NCBI GenBank assembly: GCA_958009085.1
Contig: OY253680.1
Location: 310,001 to 374,000 of the forward strand
Origin: Protoeuglena noctilucae
Taxonomy: Eukaryota
Direction: 5' to 3'
DNA length: 64,000 nucleotides
A program made the position numbers and the translations under genes. Positions 27,882-40,729 of this stretch are shown here, piece after piece (within the stretch, counting starts at the first letter, position 1; each line of letters opens with the position of its first letter). The notes beneath the pieces were generated by a model. The model was not told the DNA's origin and ran no database searches. It saw nothing but the letters and a program-made list of their open reading frames with translations.

Positions 27882-28517
27882 CCATACCGCGTCTCCCTCT
27901 TTCACGCGCCCAAACCCTCCGCCGAAACCACGCTGCAGTGGCCCGGGACAGTCGCTCTAGGGCAGCGGCCGCGGGCGTCGTCGCTGACGCCGCGCCAGCC
28001 TGTCGACCCGGACTGAGAGACACAAAGACGATTATTGAACGCAGTGCCGCTCCGAGAAACGGGAATTCTCCACTCGCGACGCTGGAAAAGCGGTCGGACG
28101 TCCCCAGAGTCCCGAAGGCGAGCCCGAACCGAGATCAACAACGCGCCGGTCGATTGAAAGACCAAAGTGTCGCGACAGGTGGAACGTGGCCGCGGGTCGT
28201 GAGCATAAAACGCCAAAATTTTCGTGTAGGTGAGCGAGGGGCTTTCTCGCAGGGACCCACGCCGCTGTGCGCATCGTGAGCGAAATTCATGGCTTGCGTC
28301 GCTTTCTCTGTCAAGCGTCAGCTGCACAGGGTCCAACTGGGGTCCCCATCCGCCCAGTCGTCGCTCCGTTCGTTGCGCGCGCATCCGTACGCATAGCTTG
28401 AGGTGAACTGGGCCCTGTGGACTCCGGCGTCCTGCGGGCCGAGGGGCAGCGTGGGACGGGCCTTTGCTGCTCGGCGCGACGCCTCTGGCCGTGGCCTCGT
28501 GGTAGCGTGCGGGAGCG

Positions 28518-29741
28518 ATGGAGGAAGAGATCATTTACAACCTCATTCCCCGCCCTGAGAATGTGGCGTCAAGGCCTCCCCGGTACCGCTCCAAGGTAGG
28601 CCACGCACCGGTACATGTCGGCCGACATCCCCGCGTGCCCGCGGGTCCGCGGAGCCCCCCCCCGGTGGCGGAGCGTTGCCGAGTAGAGCATGTATTATGC
28701 GCGGTCCCATCCCGGAACGCGGCCCCTTCGCCCGGCCCCGCAGCACGCGGGGACATATGCGGCGCGGCCGGTTGACATGGGGGCGCCCAAGCGGCACGCC
28801 GCGACGATGGGGAAGCCGGCCGGCGCGGTTCAGCCCGACCCGCACCAGTTCACCAAGAGCCACGCGCGTGACGTGCGCCTGCCCAGCCCCAAAGCCCCGA
28901 CGCAGCCTAAGGAGAAGCGCAACCCGCCCGTCCCCAAGCGCGACGAGAAGCCCGTCATGGGCCTGGTGTCGTCCAAGAACTTCATCACGACCAACGCGAT
29001 CGAGGCTATCCTGAGCCAGGCGCGCAACCGGCCCACGGAGGAGGCCCGCTGGACCGACCGCCAGGTGGGGGCCACCGCGAGTCCGAACCCCGCGCGAGGC
29101 GGCCGCCGGCACCCCGCGGCGATCTCCATGCGCTCTGCTACGCACCGCAGGGCTTTGGGGAGGTCCCCAAGTACCTCAAGCGCAATAAGCAGGCGCTGGA
29201 CGCGGAGAAGCGGCGCGTGGAGGAGTATATGGCGCTGCGCGAAGAGCAGGTGGGGCCGGAACAGAGGAACACATGCTGAGCAGTTGTAGTGGGACCAGCG
29301 TCTGCGGCCTGCCCGCCAACGGCGGGCCCGTCATGTTTGCCCGCGTCGCGTTTTGCATGTTGGTCACGTTAGCGAGCGTCCCTCGGTCGATGTGCCCCAG
29401 GAGCTGAAGGACGCGGGCGTGGTGCGGAGCATCTCCCGGGAGGAGCGCGATCAGATCCTGCGCCACCTCAAGCTCAAGTGGGCCTCCGTGAACACGGCGT
29501 ACCAGAAGATGACCTTCACGCTGGACACCCCGGCCAAGCAGGTGAGCGTCGGCCGCATGGCACGTGGCGAGCCACGCAAGGGCGGTTGAAATGGGGCTAC
29601 CTCTGCGGTGTCCCTGACACCGCACTCCCTGCGCTGTGCATTCAGAAGCGCAAGGAGCAGTACGAGGCGGAGCTGTCGGAGATCGAGCGAGACATCCGCA
29701 TGCTCGAGCGGGGCGAGAGCATCCTTGTCGTGGAGGACTAG
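28518..29741 (+). CDS. ENKUR: Enkurin (FAP106), ciliary inner protein
   Basis: MEEEIIYNLIP, PRYRSK, KNFITTNAIEAI, FGKVPKYL and LKLKWASVNTAYQKMTF. Confidence 0.92.
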
Positions 29742-29868
29742 AGGCACAGGGCATGTCGTGCCGATGCTTTGCTGGCCCTTCACACCAGGGGCCGCCGCCT
29801 AGCGGCGTACGAGTTGCCTCGATATAGATAGCGTGGCTCCGTGACTGACGCCGACCACCGGTCACCGG

Positions 29869-30579
29869 TCACTTGGTGCCGAGGGGCCCATCCTTGTGAA
29901 GAGACCATTCGTCCCCGCTCAGCGCCCACGGCATCCCGAGGCACAAGCTGGTCTTCTGCATCATCTTGCGCACCTCCGTCGCCCCCTCCCCGCGGTTCCG
30001 ATGGGCCTCGAGGATGGCGCCTTGGTCGTCATGCCCCGGCTTGTGCCCGACCTCCTCGAACTTCATCCGCCACCGGTGCTGCAGGACCGCATTGCGCTCG
30101 GTGGCCGGGCTCGCGGTGTTGGGGCCCACGTCGCCGTAGCTCAGGTGGCCCTTCACGGTGACGACCTTTGCCGCGGGGATCGACGGCATCCCCGAGCTGG
30201 ACGCCTGCGAAAGCGGGGGTGGGAACATTGCAAACGAGCAGGCACTCGTCGGAGAGCAGCACACGCATGGAGAACACGTGGTGCGTCGCTGCTGCCTCAC
30301 CCTGGCGTGGCTGGCCAGGCGCGCCTCCTCCTCTGTCAACACCTTGTCGGTGCGCGTGGGCCGCCACGCCCGATCCTCGGATTGCATGGTGCTCGTGACG
30401 CCCACGCTGGACTGGAGGACCGCCTTCTGGGTCAGGAAAGCCTGCCGCATCACAGCAGCCTGGTTGGCGGCGGCGTAGGCCTGGTCATTGTGCTGCGGGT
30501 CCACCACGCGGTGTGAGCGGACCGGCCGCATGTAGTCGTCGTTCATGATGGACGACATGCTGGATGAGCCTGCCTGCAT
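29869..30579 (-). CDS. Hypothetical protein (2 exons, intron approx 30205-30300)
   Basis: Protein-like composition, coding-like codon usage and a GT-AG intron; no family recognised. Confidence 0.6.
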   Translation of the reverse strand: MQAGSSSMSSIMNDDYMRPVRSHRVVDPQHNDQAYAAANQAAVMRQAFLTQKAVLQSSVGVTSTMQSEDRAWRPTRTDKVLTEEEARLASHARVRQQRRTTCSPCVCCSPTSACSFAMFPPPLSQASSSGMPSIPAAKVVTVKGHLSYGDVGPNTASPATERNAVLQHRWRMKFEEVGHKPGHDDQGAILEAHRNRGEGATEVRKMMQKTSLCLGMPWALSGDEWSLHKDGPLGTK

Positions 30580-31457
30580 CTTGTTCGACCTCCCCTGGCG
30601 TGCTGCATCGGCAGCGGCCTGCGGCAGAGAGCAGTGGGAGCAGTGGGACGTACCAGTGCAGTGGCACCCACAACCAGGGCTGGCGATGAGGATAGCGAGG
30701 CACGCTTGGACTGGGTTTTAAAGAGTCACCTGGAGGAGCTCGAGGTGGTCTTGAGCCCCAATGCGCACGTCGTTGGACGCCCGGGCGCCCTCGCATGGCT
30801 CCGCGAACACAAAGCTTTGGGCATTCATGTTCTTGCGTCTGCGCACGGAGATGCGGAGCGTGAGCAATCGTTCAAAGCGATAAAATCGCCTCACATCCTT
30901 GAATGCGCGCCCGTGGCGCACGAGCTCGGGACGACATGGCCTTGGTGTCTCGCATGGGGGCCTGCGGCTAGGCGCGCGTTTGCAACTACCGACACACCTC
31001 GGGCTGCCATCTGGCTGTGTCATGGCTGCTTCGTGGGCCAGCGTAGGCGCAGGGCAAGTTTGACCTTTCTTTGTGCACCCGGTGCCCCAGTCTGTGTCTC
31101 CTGAGCAAACTGCGCAGTTTGCTGCCCTATGCGAGGGACGAATGAGTGAATATCCGGACAAGTTCTCGAAGCCGCTTGTTCTTTTCACAGTGAGGATTGG
31201 GGAGGGCCCCTGCGCCAGTAGCGGCGCGTGGCATGCGGAGTCTCAGACCCCAGAAAATGCCAAGCGGGGGACCTGAGTAGGTCAGGGTTAGCCTGAGTAG
31301 CGGCAAAGCGGAGGAGGAGCGCGGTAGGAGTGCCAAGGTCCGGGCTGAAGCCGGGCGGCCCCAGAGGAGGCTGGGGTTGAGGTGCTGGTATGGGCTGCAG
31401 GCAACGGGGCAACGGGGCTACGTGTTCACACCCACGCGTCGTGCCTGCCTCAAGGCA

Positions 31458-32221
31458 TCAGGCGCTGCCTATCAGGGGCTTAACCACCGAGTACGCTGCC
31501 GAGCCCCACATCGCAATCAGGACAGCCACCATCGCCATGCCGTAAAGAAGGGGGCCTTTCAGGTCATCAAAATATCGCTCATCCTGAGCATCTTTCTCCG
31601 TCAGCTTCCGGTCCCGCCGGCGGAACTGCACGGAGCTGTACACCGCCAACAAGATGGATGTGCCCAGGGCTACGAGCCCCACAAGTTTGGCGTACATCGT
31701 CGTGTTGTTGGCCTGATGTTGCTGCAGGAGCAAAGGATGTAAGAATAGGTCTCTCGGCGTATTCCAGCGTAGCAAACACGGAGTTTCGGGCATCCAAGCG
31801 TCTGCGCCCTCCTGAGTCCTCACCGTGACGTGGGCGGCGAGGCCCAGCGTGCCCGCAGCGATGGCGCCGAGGAAGGCGCACGCGTCCAGCCATCGCAGGA
31901 ACGTCCGCTCGTTCGAGAAGTAAGCCTTCCCTTCGCCCTTGCGGAAGTGCCGCGTCTCCTGCAAAGCAACGAGGTATTGCTCCTCGCCCAGCGCCTCCCG
32001 TCGCACTCTAACGCCTCTCACGGCTGCTGATGCGATGAAAGGAAGATTACGCGGCTCAAGGGGGGGCTAGGTAGCAGCCAAGACGAGGAATGCTGCGTTG
32101 CAATGGAATGCAGACAGTGGGGCGCCCCCGCATGCCGCAAGGGCCCCACCTGCGGTCTCGCGGCCAGCATGCCGTCCGTTGGGCGGATCTCCGCCCCCTC
32201 CGCAGCCCCCGACGCCGCCAT
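31458..32221 (-). CDS. VTC1: VTC1-like DUF202 membrane protein (polyphosphate/VTC complex)
   Basis: KAYFSNERTFLRWL followed by three TM segments, and FDDLKGP. Confidence 0.8.
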
Positions 32222-32411
32222 CGCTTGGCACACGTGTGCTTTTCTGTTAACGGCTCAGTCCTTCTAAGTGTATGCCGTTGAGGGTCCGTGTCTACCGAGC
32301 AGTGGACTTTGAAGAACAGTAGCGACGCGCAGACTGCCGATTCAGGGCTCGGCGGGCGGGTTTGGCCGCCGCGTGGCGCGTGGGGCGCGTGCCAGCGACA
32401 CCCCTCTAAAG

Positions 32412-33187
32412 CTAGCGGCCCGGCGTGATCTCCCTCATGAGAGCCGGGTCCTGTCCCTTGGCAGCGCGGACATACGGGAGGACACGGGCGATGCTCTCGG
32501 CGAAGCGCATGCCGGGGTCCCGCCGGACGATGTTCACCAGCTCAAACGTCACCGTCTTGCTGCCCCTGCGCCTCTGCAGAGAGAACGCAACGAGCGCGAT
32601 GCCGACTTCGACGCGGCTACAGCTGCGGCCGCATGAGCAGGGGCCGCGCTGCACGTTAGGCCTCGCCTTCCCCAGAGGCCGAATCTGGACGATATCCCCG
32701 ACCTCGCAGGCGTCCATCGGGTCGTGCGCGTAGTACTTCTTCGCCCGAGGCACGGCGAAATGCAGCCGGGCGTCCCAGACCCTGTTGTTCTTGGCCACCA
32801 CAATGGTGCGTTCCATCCGGTTGGAAATGACCCGCCCCGTCACCAGCGCCTTCTCTTGCGCCCCCTGGCCCGTCCCATAGTTCAAGACGTTGTGGTATAT
32901 CCGTGGAAACCGGGCGAGGAAGCCCCTGCGACGATGGAGCGACCGTGGCGGTCACGCCGCACGGTTGCGTGGCAGAGGCCACCCCCTCCCGCCTCGCCAG
33001 AGCGCGCAACAACTCCTCCCGCTCGCCTGACGTCTTGCTCCCCACGCATGAACCCCCACATCATGGATGCAAAGTCCGGCTGCCCGCCCAGCCGCCCCGT
33101 TTGGCTCGTCGAGGCCGCCGCCTGCGCTGCCGGCTCAGCCGCGGTGGCGAAGCCACGCGCGGCATTCACGGCCATCCGACACGCCAT
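32412..33187 (-). CDS. MRPS17: Ribosomal protein uS17, probably mitochondrial
   Basis: GRVISNRMERTIVV...KKYYAHD...CEVGDIVQIRP; presequence-like N-terminus (AARGFATAA). Both introns are GC-AG. Confidence 0.85.
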
Positions 33188-33608
33188 GGCGAGACGCCGG
33201 CGACGCGAGCCACTCAGAATCCCGACTGCAATGCCTTTCCCACAAAAACGGATGGCCAGGATCGACGACAAGCGCTTATCGATCGCTCTGCAGAGGGACA
33301 CGGGGGCGCCTGCGAGCGATGCCACCGCAGCATGCGCGCCGCGTGGGGAAAGGCGAGCGTGGCACAACAATCTCGCGCATCCGCCAGTGGGAAGCCAGAG
33401 CGGCACGCACTCAGGCACTGGTGATTGATAGGACGACGCGTACCGTCCCACACCGCCATCTGCAGCGCCAAAAGATCGCTGAACCGCAAGAGCTCGTTTC
33501 TCTCGAGCAAATCAACGCGTATCGTCGCGCAGCCGCTCCAGATCCCCGCGTGCGAGCGCCGCACTGATCGCATCCAGGGGTTTGGCGCGTGAGGATCCGT
33601 CAGCAACC

Positions 33609-34859
33609 ATGGCGGACGGCAGCGATCTCCAGATTGTCATGGGGGTCCTGCGGTGAGCGCGGCGTTTTCAATTTCGCCCTGCTCCGCCCCGCATGCCCTC
33701 TTGGCGCCGGACTCTTCTGCTTAATTGAGCTGCTGCAGTCATGAGATCGCTGGCGTAGGCGTCCTGGCTTAGAAGCACTTCAAGAGACTCCGCCCGCCCC
33801 GCGCCTCTGCAGGCGTCTCGACTCGTCAATCGTGCAACTGGTGGACTTCGCCTCGCACACCGCTCAGTACGACTTTGATCCAGAAACGAAGACGTGGAAC
33901 CGAGTGGGCGTGGAGGGGCCTCTGTACGTGGTGAAGCGATCGGTCGTGCCGAGCACGCAGCTCATCATCACCAACCGCAAGGTCCGTGGCCGCCGGCGTG
34001 CGCGAGACACGCACCGCGCGTGGATCTTGGTCCCTGCGCCGCGCCTGCCACCCTGGCCAGCCCTGCCCGCTCCTGGACACAGTCGGCGACCAACCTGGTG
34101 GAGAGCCTGACCGCCACTTTCAAAATTGAGAACAACCCGCCTTACCTGATGTACAAGAACGAGTCGGGCGTCCGCGGGATCTGGTTCCATCAGCGGGAGG
34201 ACTACGACCGCATCGCCCCGCTGTGCGAACAGGTGGGCGGCGCGTTGCACGGCACGGTGGCTGGCTCATGACCCAGGCCTCCACCCCGAGCGGGGCCCAC
34301 TCTTACACTCTCGATGTACTCCTCGGGCCCGCAGATTGTCGCTACCATCCGCAGCGAGGGCGACCGCCCCCTGCGCCTCCCCGAGCCGCCTCAGCCCCCC
34401 CCGGCTGCCTTCGAGCCCCCTGCCCCGGCCATGACCTCGGCACCGATGGACGAACTCATCCGGCGCCTCCAGGCTCCCGGCATGAGCATCAGCGGCAGCC
34501 AGATGCTCGGCCCCGCCCCGGCGACCCCCACGGCCCCCCCGGCCCCGCCCCCTCGCGGCCCGGCCCCCAGCGAAGGCGGCCCCTACGCCCCGGACAGGGT
34601 CGGGAGCGTTTCTGGTGCCATGCTGCTGCAGCGCCTGCAGGTCAGCCAGGTCTCGGGCGCCCCTTCGGCCGCGCCGCACGAGGCCCAGGGTCCGGGTGTG
34701 ACCCCCCAGGCCGCACGACCCGCGGAGGGTGGCCCGGGGCGGCCCGACAGCCGGCCGGTGCGTGTGGGGCGCGAGCACATTCGCCGGGCCATCCTCCAGC
34801 TGGTCGGCCAGGACGAGTTCCTGGATATGCTCGCGGACGCGATCTCCCGGCAGCTGTAG
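33609..34859 (+). CDS. DCP1: mRNA decapping protein DCP1
   Basis: WNRVGVEGPLYVVKR, LIITNRK, YLMYKN..VRGIWF, and a C-terminal trimerisation-like helix. Confidence 0.92.
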
Positions 34860-35024
34860 CGACCCCGTCCTCTCCTCTTAAGGAGGTACGCTGCCCAGCT
34901 AGGAGCAAATGGTGCTGTTGAACAGGTCCGATCCTCAAACGTCCGTCCTACGCAAGTGTCAGATAGACAGCAGCTGAGTTGCAACAGCAGCACACGTAGC
35001 TACCACACACATCACATGACATGC

Positions 35025-37415
35025 CTACATGCCTAGCCATGCGCCCCCCGTGGCCCTGCCTCTGCCGGCGAGGGACAACGACCCATCCTCTCGCTCCCCG
35101 CTCCACCGGGCCCTCCGACTCCCCTCCGGCCCCCGCCCCGTCCTACCCCACTGCCCCCGCGGCGCCCGGTCCCCAGCGCCACCCTCCCTCTCAGACCCGT
35201 CCCCTTCCTCCTCATCCTCCGACCCCTCCACCAACCCCGCGTCGTCAAACGCCGCCAGCGCCCCCAGTGCCCCGCACGCCCGCGCCACTTGCTCCGGAAA
35301 CTCGCTCCATGGGTCGTACTGCACCGAGCCCCCCGCAGAGACCCCCAGTCCCACACGCTCCAGGCTCAGCGTCTGCTGCATGCTCAGCGGCAGCACGCCC
35401 CCGCGGCACAGGTGGGCCACCATCTGCCCCAGGAGGGGCGCCAAGGCCAGGCTTGTGTCCGGGGGAGCCTGCGGCGCCTGGCAGGGGCAGCAGACCACGA
35501 AGCGGCCCTCCTCCAGGAACGGGTGCGCGCCCAGGAGGGGCCTGCCGTCCAAGGAAAGGTTGTAGAGGGTGGCGCGGGGCGGGGCGCGCGCCATGCCGGT
35601 CCCGCCCGGGAAGGGCTCGAGTGCGGGGAGGACGCCGCGGGCGAGGGCGGCAACGTGGAGCATCGAGGCCTCGTAGCGGGCCCGCGTAAGCCACGCGTCC
35701 GCGGGCGGCAGGCGGTCGCCCATCTCGAGGCTCATGCGCTGCCCACGGGGGCCCGCTGCCTTGCGGAGCAGCCAGGCGCGCCGGTCCACCACCGCAGAGA
35801 GCTTGGCCTTGCTGCCGGCCCTCGGGGGCAGCAAATACCACCCATACATGGCCCCTTCCAGGTCCAGGGGGGGAGGCACGGCCTCCAGGGACCCCGGACG
35901 GCCCTTGGCGGCGCGGAGGCGCTCTGCGGTGGGAGCAGAGACACTGTGTTGCCTCATCTGTCAAAGAACCACCCACTCTCACGACACAGCCTGTCGCGGA
36001 CAGGGCTCCGAAGCACTCACCCTCGTGGAAGCGGAGCCCCAGGGGGTCATGGAACATGACGAGCGGGTGGTTGGCGCCGGCCCCGCGCATGGAGAGGCGC
36101 TTGCAGGGCACAGGCTCGGCCAGGATACCGCTCGCGCTCACGCCGAATGTCTCGAGGACGGCGCGCGTCCACGGCCCCACCGCCAGCACCAGCTGCTCCA
36201 CCTCCATGGCCTCCTCCTCCACACGCGTCTCGCCCTCACGCCCCAGCCGCAGCACGAAACGATCGCCCCGGTCCGTCCACCCCCGGAGCTCGAGGCCGGG
36301 CGTGATGTGCACCCCCCCGCGTATGGCGCGCGCCCGCAGTGCCTGCGTAGGTGGGCAGAGCGACAGCCGCGGTCTGCCTCTGGCAGACGTAGCTCGGGTG
36401 CACGCGACGTGCAGTGCCGTGTTGCGCGTCTCTCTGCATGGAGCGCAATGCTCACCTCGCGTGCCCGCACTGCGTCCACCACGAGGCCTCCCTTGTGGTA
36501 CAGGGCATGGTCAAACACCTCCAGGCGCAGGCTCGGGTGCAGGCGGGCCGCTCCGTTCCGGTCTACCACCTCCACCTTCACGCCCACCTGCTCACACACG
36601 TCCTGCGAAAACACGCACGCGCGCACATGCGGGTAGGGTAGGGTGGCAGAACAGCACGTGACGCCTCTGTGACTGAGTGGCAGCTAAGCTTTGTCCTGTG
36701 TGTCACACCTTGAGGCCCTCCACGCCCCCGAGCTCCTCCACCATCGCCCTGTCGGGCTGGCCCTCGAGCGCTCCCCCGTCAGAGCCCCACGCGCGTGGTA
36801 AGATGGGCGCGGAAGGCAGGCCTCCAGGACCGATGTCCACCGACCCTACCTCGGCCACGGCCCGGCTGTCCCACTCGCCCCACCAGGCGGTGGATTCGTT
36901 CAGCAGGTGCGCCATGAACGGGTCGAGCTGGGGCACGTGCACTGCGTACGTCCCCGTGCCGGAACGGGGAAGCGGCATCCCTGCGGTGAACGCGGTGGAA
37001 AGGTCCATCGACTTCGTGCGGGGGGGGGGAAGGGCGACTGGATGAGGCAAGGCGGCAGGGTACCACGCAGCACCTCACCCGAGAAAGCATGGTCGATGAC
37101 CAGCACTTGCTGGCCCTTCCTCGCCAGCTCCAGGGCCGCAGCGTACGCCTCGGTCGTCGCGCCGAGCACGGCAACGTCATAGCAGGCGGCGTTTCGGCGC
37201 ACGGCCCGACAGATGGCCGCGCGGGAACGTTCCGCCCGCCTCGCGCCTCGTCCGGCGCGGATGCGGCGAGCAGTCTCGGCGACCGCAGAGCGTCGCCCCA
37301 CGGCATGTGGGAGTGCGATACCGGAGGTCATCGCGGGGCCCGAGGCGTTGCGGGGGCCGCACGTCCACGCGAGCCCCTCGCTGGCCCATCCGCAGCAGGA
37401 GGTCGCGAGCGCCAT
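35025..37415 (-). CDS. FAD-dependent oxidoreductase-like protein (DAO/sarcosine oxidase fold)
   Basis: YDVAVLGATTEAYAAALELARKGQQVLVIDH, EQLVLAVGPW, LYNLSLDGRPLLGAHP and LAPLLGQMVA. Confidence 0.7.
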
Positions 37416-37825
37416 GGACAGTTGTCAATAAAGAGGGACGACGGCCGCGAGGTATCGCGCTCCCTGCGCCGTCGAGGCGCCCCCGACCGTTAAAAAGGCC
37501 CAAACCACCTTTCCGGGCGACGAACCGGTCGAATGCGGATCGGTGGACGTCGAATGACTGGCAACAGCAGCAGCCCTTGTCGTAAAATGCTCCGATACAT
37601 CTCCCCTGCGCGTGGTTTCACGGGCACCGACACCCACTCGCGGGCGCGGCGGTTTTCGTTGCCCGATTCGCCGAGGACCTCGCTATCGTGCGTTGACGAC
37701 CTCCTTGAGCACGCGTGGACGTCGTCGCGTTGCGCTCGACCTTTCAGCCAGCGGGGACCAGCTCGTGCGACGTGGGCGACTTGGAGTGCTTCGGTTGGAC
37801 CGAGCACGGCGCTTGCCACGCGCGC

Positions 37826-38512
37826 ATGGGGTGCTTGTCATCCAAGGGTGCCCCTTTAGGGTAGGCGCTATCCGTGCTGTCGTCGTGGCGCCACGCGTCG
37901 GATTAGCACGCGATGACGAGCGCTCCTCGCGCGTGTCCGCGCAGGGACCCGTCGACATCCCGTCCTGGGCGCTCGACGAGCGTCCGTCGCGATGTGAACT
38001 TGCATCCGACCTGGAGGAGCCCAACGCCTATCACGCGCGCCGAGCTGAACGCCATGCGCGAGGAGTTCTGGGATACGGCGCCAGCGTATGGGGGACAGAG
38101 GGCCATCTGGGATGCGTTGAAGGCGGCGTGCGAGATGAGCGACCCAGCCACAGCGAGGGCCATCCTGGACGCCGCAGGGGTGATTGTAAAGGCGAGGGCC
38201 GAAGCAAGGCGTTGTTCAAGTCACGCCATTCCCTAGCCAGGACCTCCCTGACACGAGGTTCTCGTCGCCGCGTTGCAGGACACGCTGAGCCAAGTGTACG
38301 ACGAGCGGGGCAACCTGTACAAGCTGCCACCGTACGTGCTGGCGGACCCGACCAACTTGATCGACGCTCCTCCAGCCAAGGGCGAGGCGGACGACGCACA
38401 GTCCGAGCGCTGCGCGCCCCCGCTGCGGCCCGAGCACGTTCCAAGCGGCATGGGGGACTCGAACGGGGAGCACCGGGGAGCACCCCCGCCGCACATTGTC
38501 GTTAGTCCATGA
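37826..38512 (+). CDS. Ubiquitin-binding domain protein (UBTD/DC-UbP N-terminal domain), lipidation motif MGCLSS
   Basis: MREEFWDTAPAYGGQRAIWDALKAA and YDERGNLYKLPPYVL. Confidence 0.9.
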
Positions 38513-39892
38513 CGGGGGCGGCCGCGCTGACCTCCGATAGGAAGCGCTGGAGTGGGTCCAGATACTGGCGCTTGAACAGCGGAATGTCTGCGGAGAGTAG
38601 CCAGGGCTCGCAATTCGCAGGTCGGGGGTGCATCACGACGGGTGCGCCGCGCGCCGTGCGGCGCCTCACCGTTGTGCCCCGCTCCCGTGAGCCGCACAAA
38701 CGTCTTGGGCTCCTCCAGAGCCTCGAAAAGCTGCTGTCCGAGCACAAAGGGCACGATGTCGTCGTTGGTGCCGTGCAGGACCAGCTTGGGCGTTCCAGCC
38801 ACCACATCCTTGCAGAAGGACAGCGTCGGGAAGCGCTCGGTCATGCAGTACTGCAAGCGAGAGCGTGGCGGCGTGGCAACGGTGCAACTACAAGCTGCAA
38901 CCGTATTGTGGTGCCCGCAAGGGCAGCGGAGGCACTGAGAGCCAGTGAAAGCGCCGCCCGCGCACCTTGACCGGGAGGAAGGGGTACAGAATTTGACCCG
39001 CGTCGGCGATGCTCGTGAAGGGGGCCTGGAGCACGAGCCCGTCGAACCTCCTCTTGGTGGCCATCCACGTGGCCACGGACGACCCGATGGACTCCCCGTA
39101 AAGGACCACCCGGTCCCCGCGAGGGATCACGCCGCCCTCACGAGCCCACGTGGCGACCGCCTCGCCGTCCAGGTACAGGCCGCGCTGGGAGGGCGCGCCG
39201 GAGGAGCCCCCGTACCCCCGGTAGTCGAAACACACGACGCCGCACCCCAGGCTCTCCTTCAGCATGTGGAACCAGGTCAGGCGGTCGTACCGGTCCCCCG
39301 CGTTGCCGTGCAAGATGATGAGCCAGGTGCGCCTGGGGCCAGAGAGGTGGCGGCGGACTGAGCCGACACACGGGGCAACACGCGCAGCACCCTGGCGGGT
39401 GCCCGGCATGTGCGGCCTCACTTGCTGTCGCCGCCCCTCCCCACGTTGCGCGGGGGTGGCGCCCACGCGTACCCCTGCAGCAGCTCGCCGTCTGCCGTCG
39501 TGACTTGCACGTCACGCACCCCCAAGAAGCCCTCCTTATGCAGCACGTCCTCCGTGGGGCAAGCCTGCGTGCGGAGGCGTGGGAAGCTCGTACGCATGCG
39601 AGGCACAAGCGGGCAGGAACCGACTGGCGCATGGGCCTGCGCTCGCCTGGGTGGAAGGGAAGAAGATGAGCTTCTTCTGGAACACGAAGGCGAGGACCAC
39701 GGCACCCACGTACAGCACGGCCGCCCCCTGGGCGCCGTACACGACGCTGGCCTTGGCGAAGCTCGCAGCCGCCTGCATGAACCGCCCAGCCGACGGCGGC
39801 TTGCCTTCCAGAACGCCACTGCGCACGGCGCCGTAGACGACGGACGCCATGCCGACATAGCGCGCCACCGTGAGGGCGGCGCGGAGCAGCAT
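38502..39892 (-). CDS. ABHD13/BEM46-like alpha/beta hydrolase
   Basis: FQKKLIFFP, HGNAG, DYRGYGGSSGAPSQRGL, GESIG, HGTNDDIVP and GAGHN. Confidence 0.9.
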
Positions 39893-40002
39893 TGTCTGCA
39901 CGCGGGGGGGGGGGGTGGCAGATGATGCAGCACGACCCTCCGGCGGACTGCACAGGGTACTAGCAGCAGGCCACGAGGCAAAAGAGGTCGCGTGCACTCA
40001 CG

Positions 40003-40446
40003 TCAGATGTCGAGCTGCGCGAGGATGCGCGTGAGCTCGTTGCTGGTGGTCTCCGTCTCCAGCAACTGGATCGCTCGTTCGAGGAGGCGTCGGCGGTGGC
40101 TGACGTACCTCGACGCGGCGGGGAGGACCTTGAGGCCCTCAAGCGCGGCCAAGAGACGCTCCCGATGCGCAAGGACCGTCTCCCCACGCGTGCGCGCCAC
40201 GCCGGTCCCACGTCCAGCCTTCGCCACGCGTCCCTGAGCTACCTACGTTGTGGAACGCGTGATCAGCATCGCGTCATGAAGCGGATTGAAGCGGATTTGC
40301 AGTGTACCTCTTGAGCTGCGCCTAACGCGTACCTTGGTGGGTGCAGGGGTCGATTTGCCACGCGCGCGCCTCTCAGGCAGCGACTTCCGAGTCGATGTCG
40401 AAGCAGATGGCTCGTCTTTCGTCCCGGACACTGTGGAAGTGTCCAT
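40003..40446 (-). CDS. Small hypothetical protein (2 exons)
   Basis: MDTST...PTK|GRVAK...LKVLPAASRYVSHRRRLLERAIQLL; phase-0 GT-AG intron approx 40234-40332. Confidence 0.6.
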
Positions 40447-40729
40447 CAGCCTCAGAGAGTTAACAATCCATCTCACTTTCCTCCACACGCAATGGATGCG
40501 GCCCAATCGTGTTGCTCCCAGGCCACTTGGAGGGCGGGGGGCATGCTGGACCGCATTGAGCGGCCGGGTCGCCCTGAAAGCGAGCGAAACCGCAAGCGCA
40601 TGCCAGATCGCGCCAGATTTCCGCGTGCCTCCGCCTAGGCTCTCCGCGCCATGCTTTGGGCACTGTCACGTGGCTGCCCGCACCTCCGCGGGCGGCTTCT
40701 CTCGCTAGGGTGACGGCTGGAGGCGAGCC

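Noticed and set aside
39904..39915. G12 homopolymer upstream of the ABHD13-like ATG
   Set aside because: Simple run in a UTR/promoter with no evidence of function.
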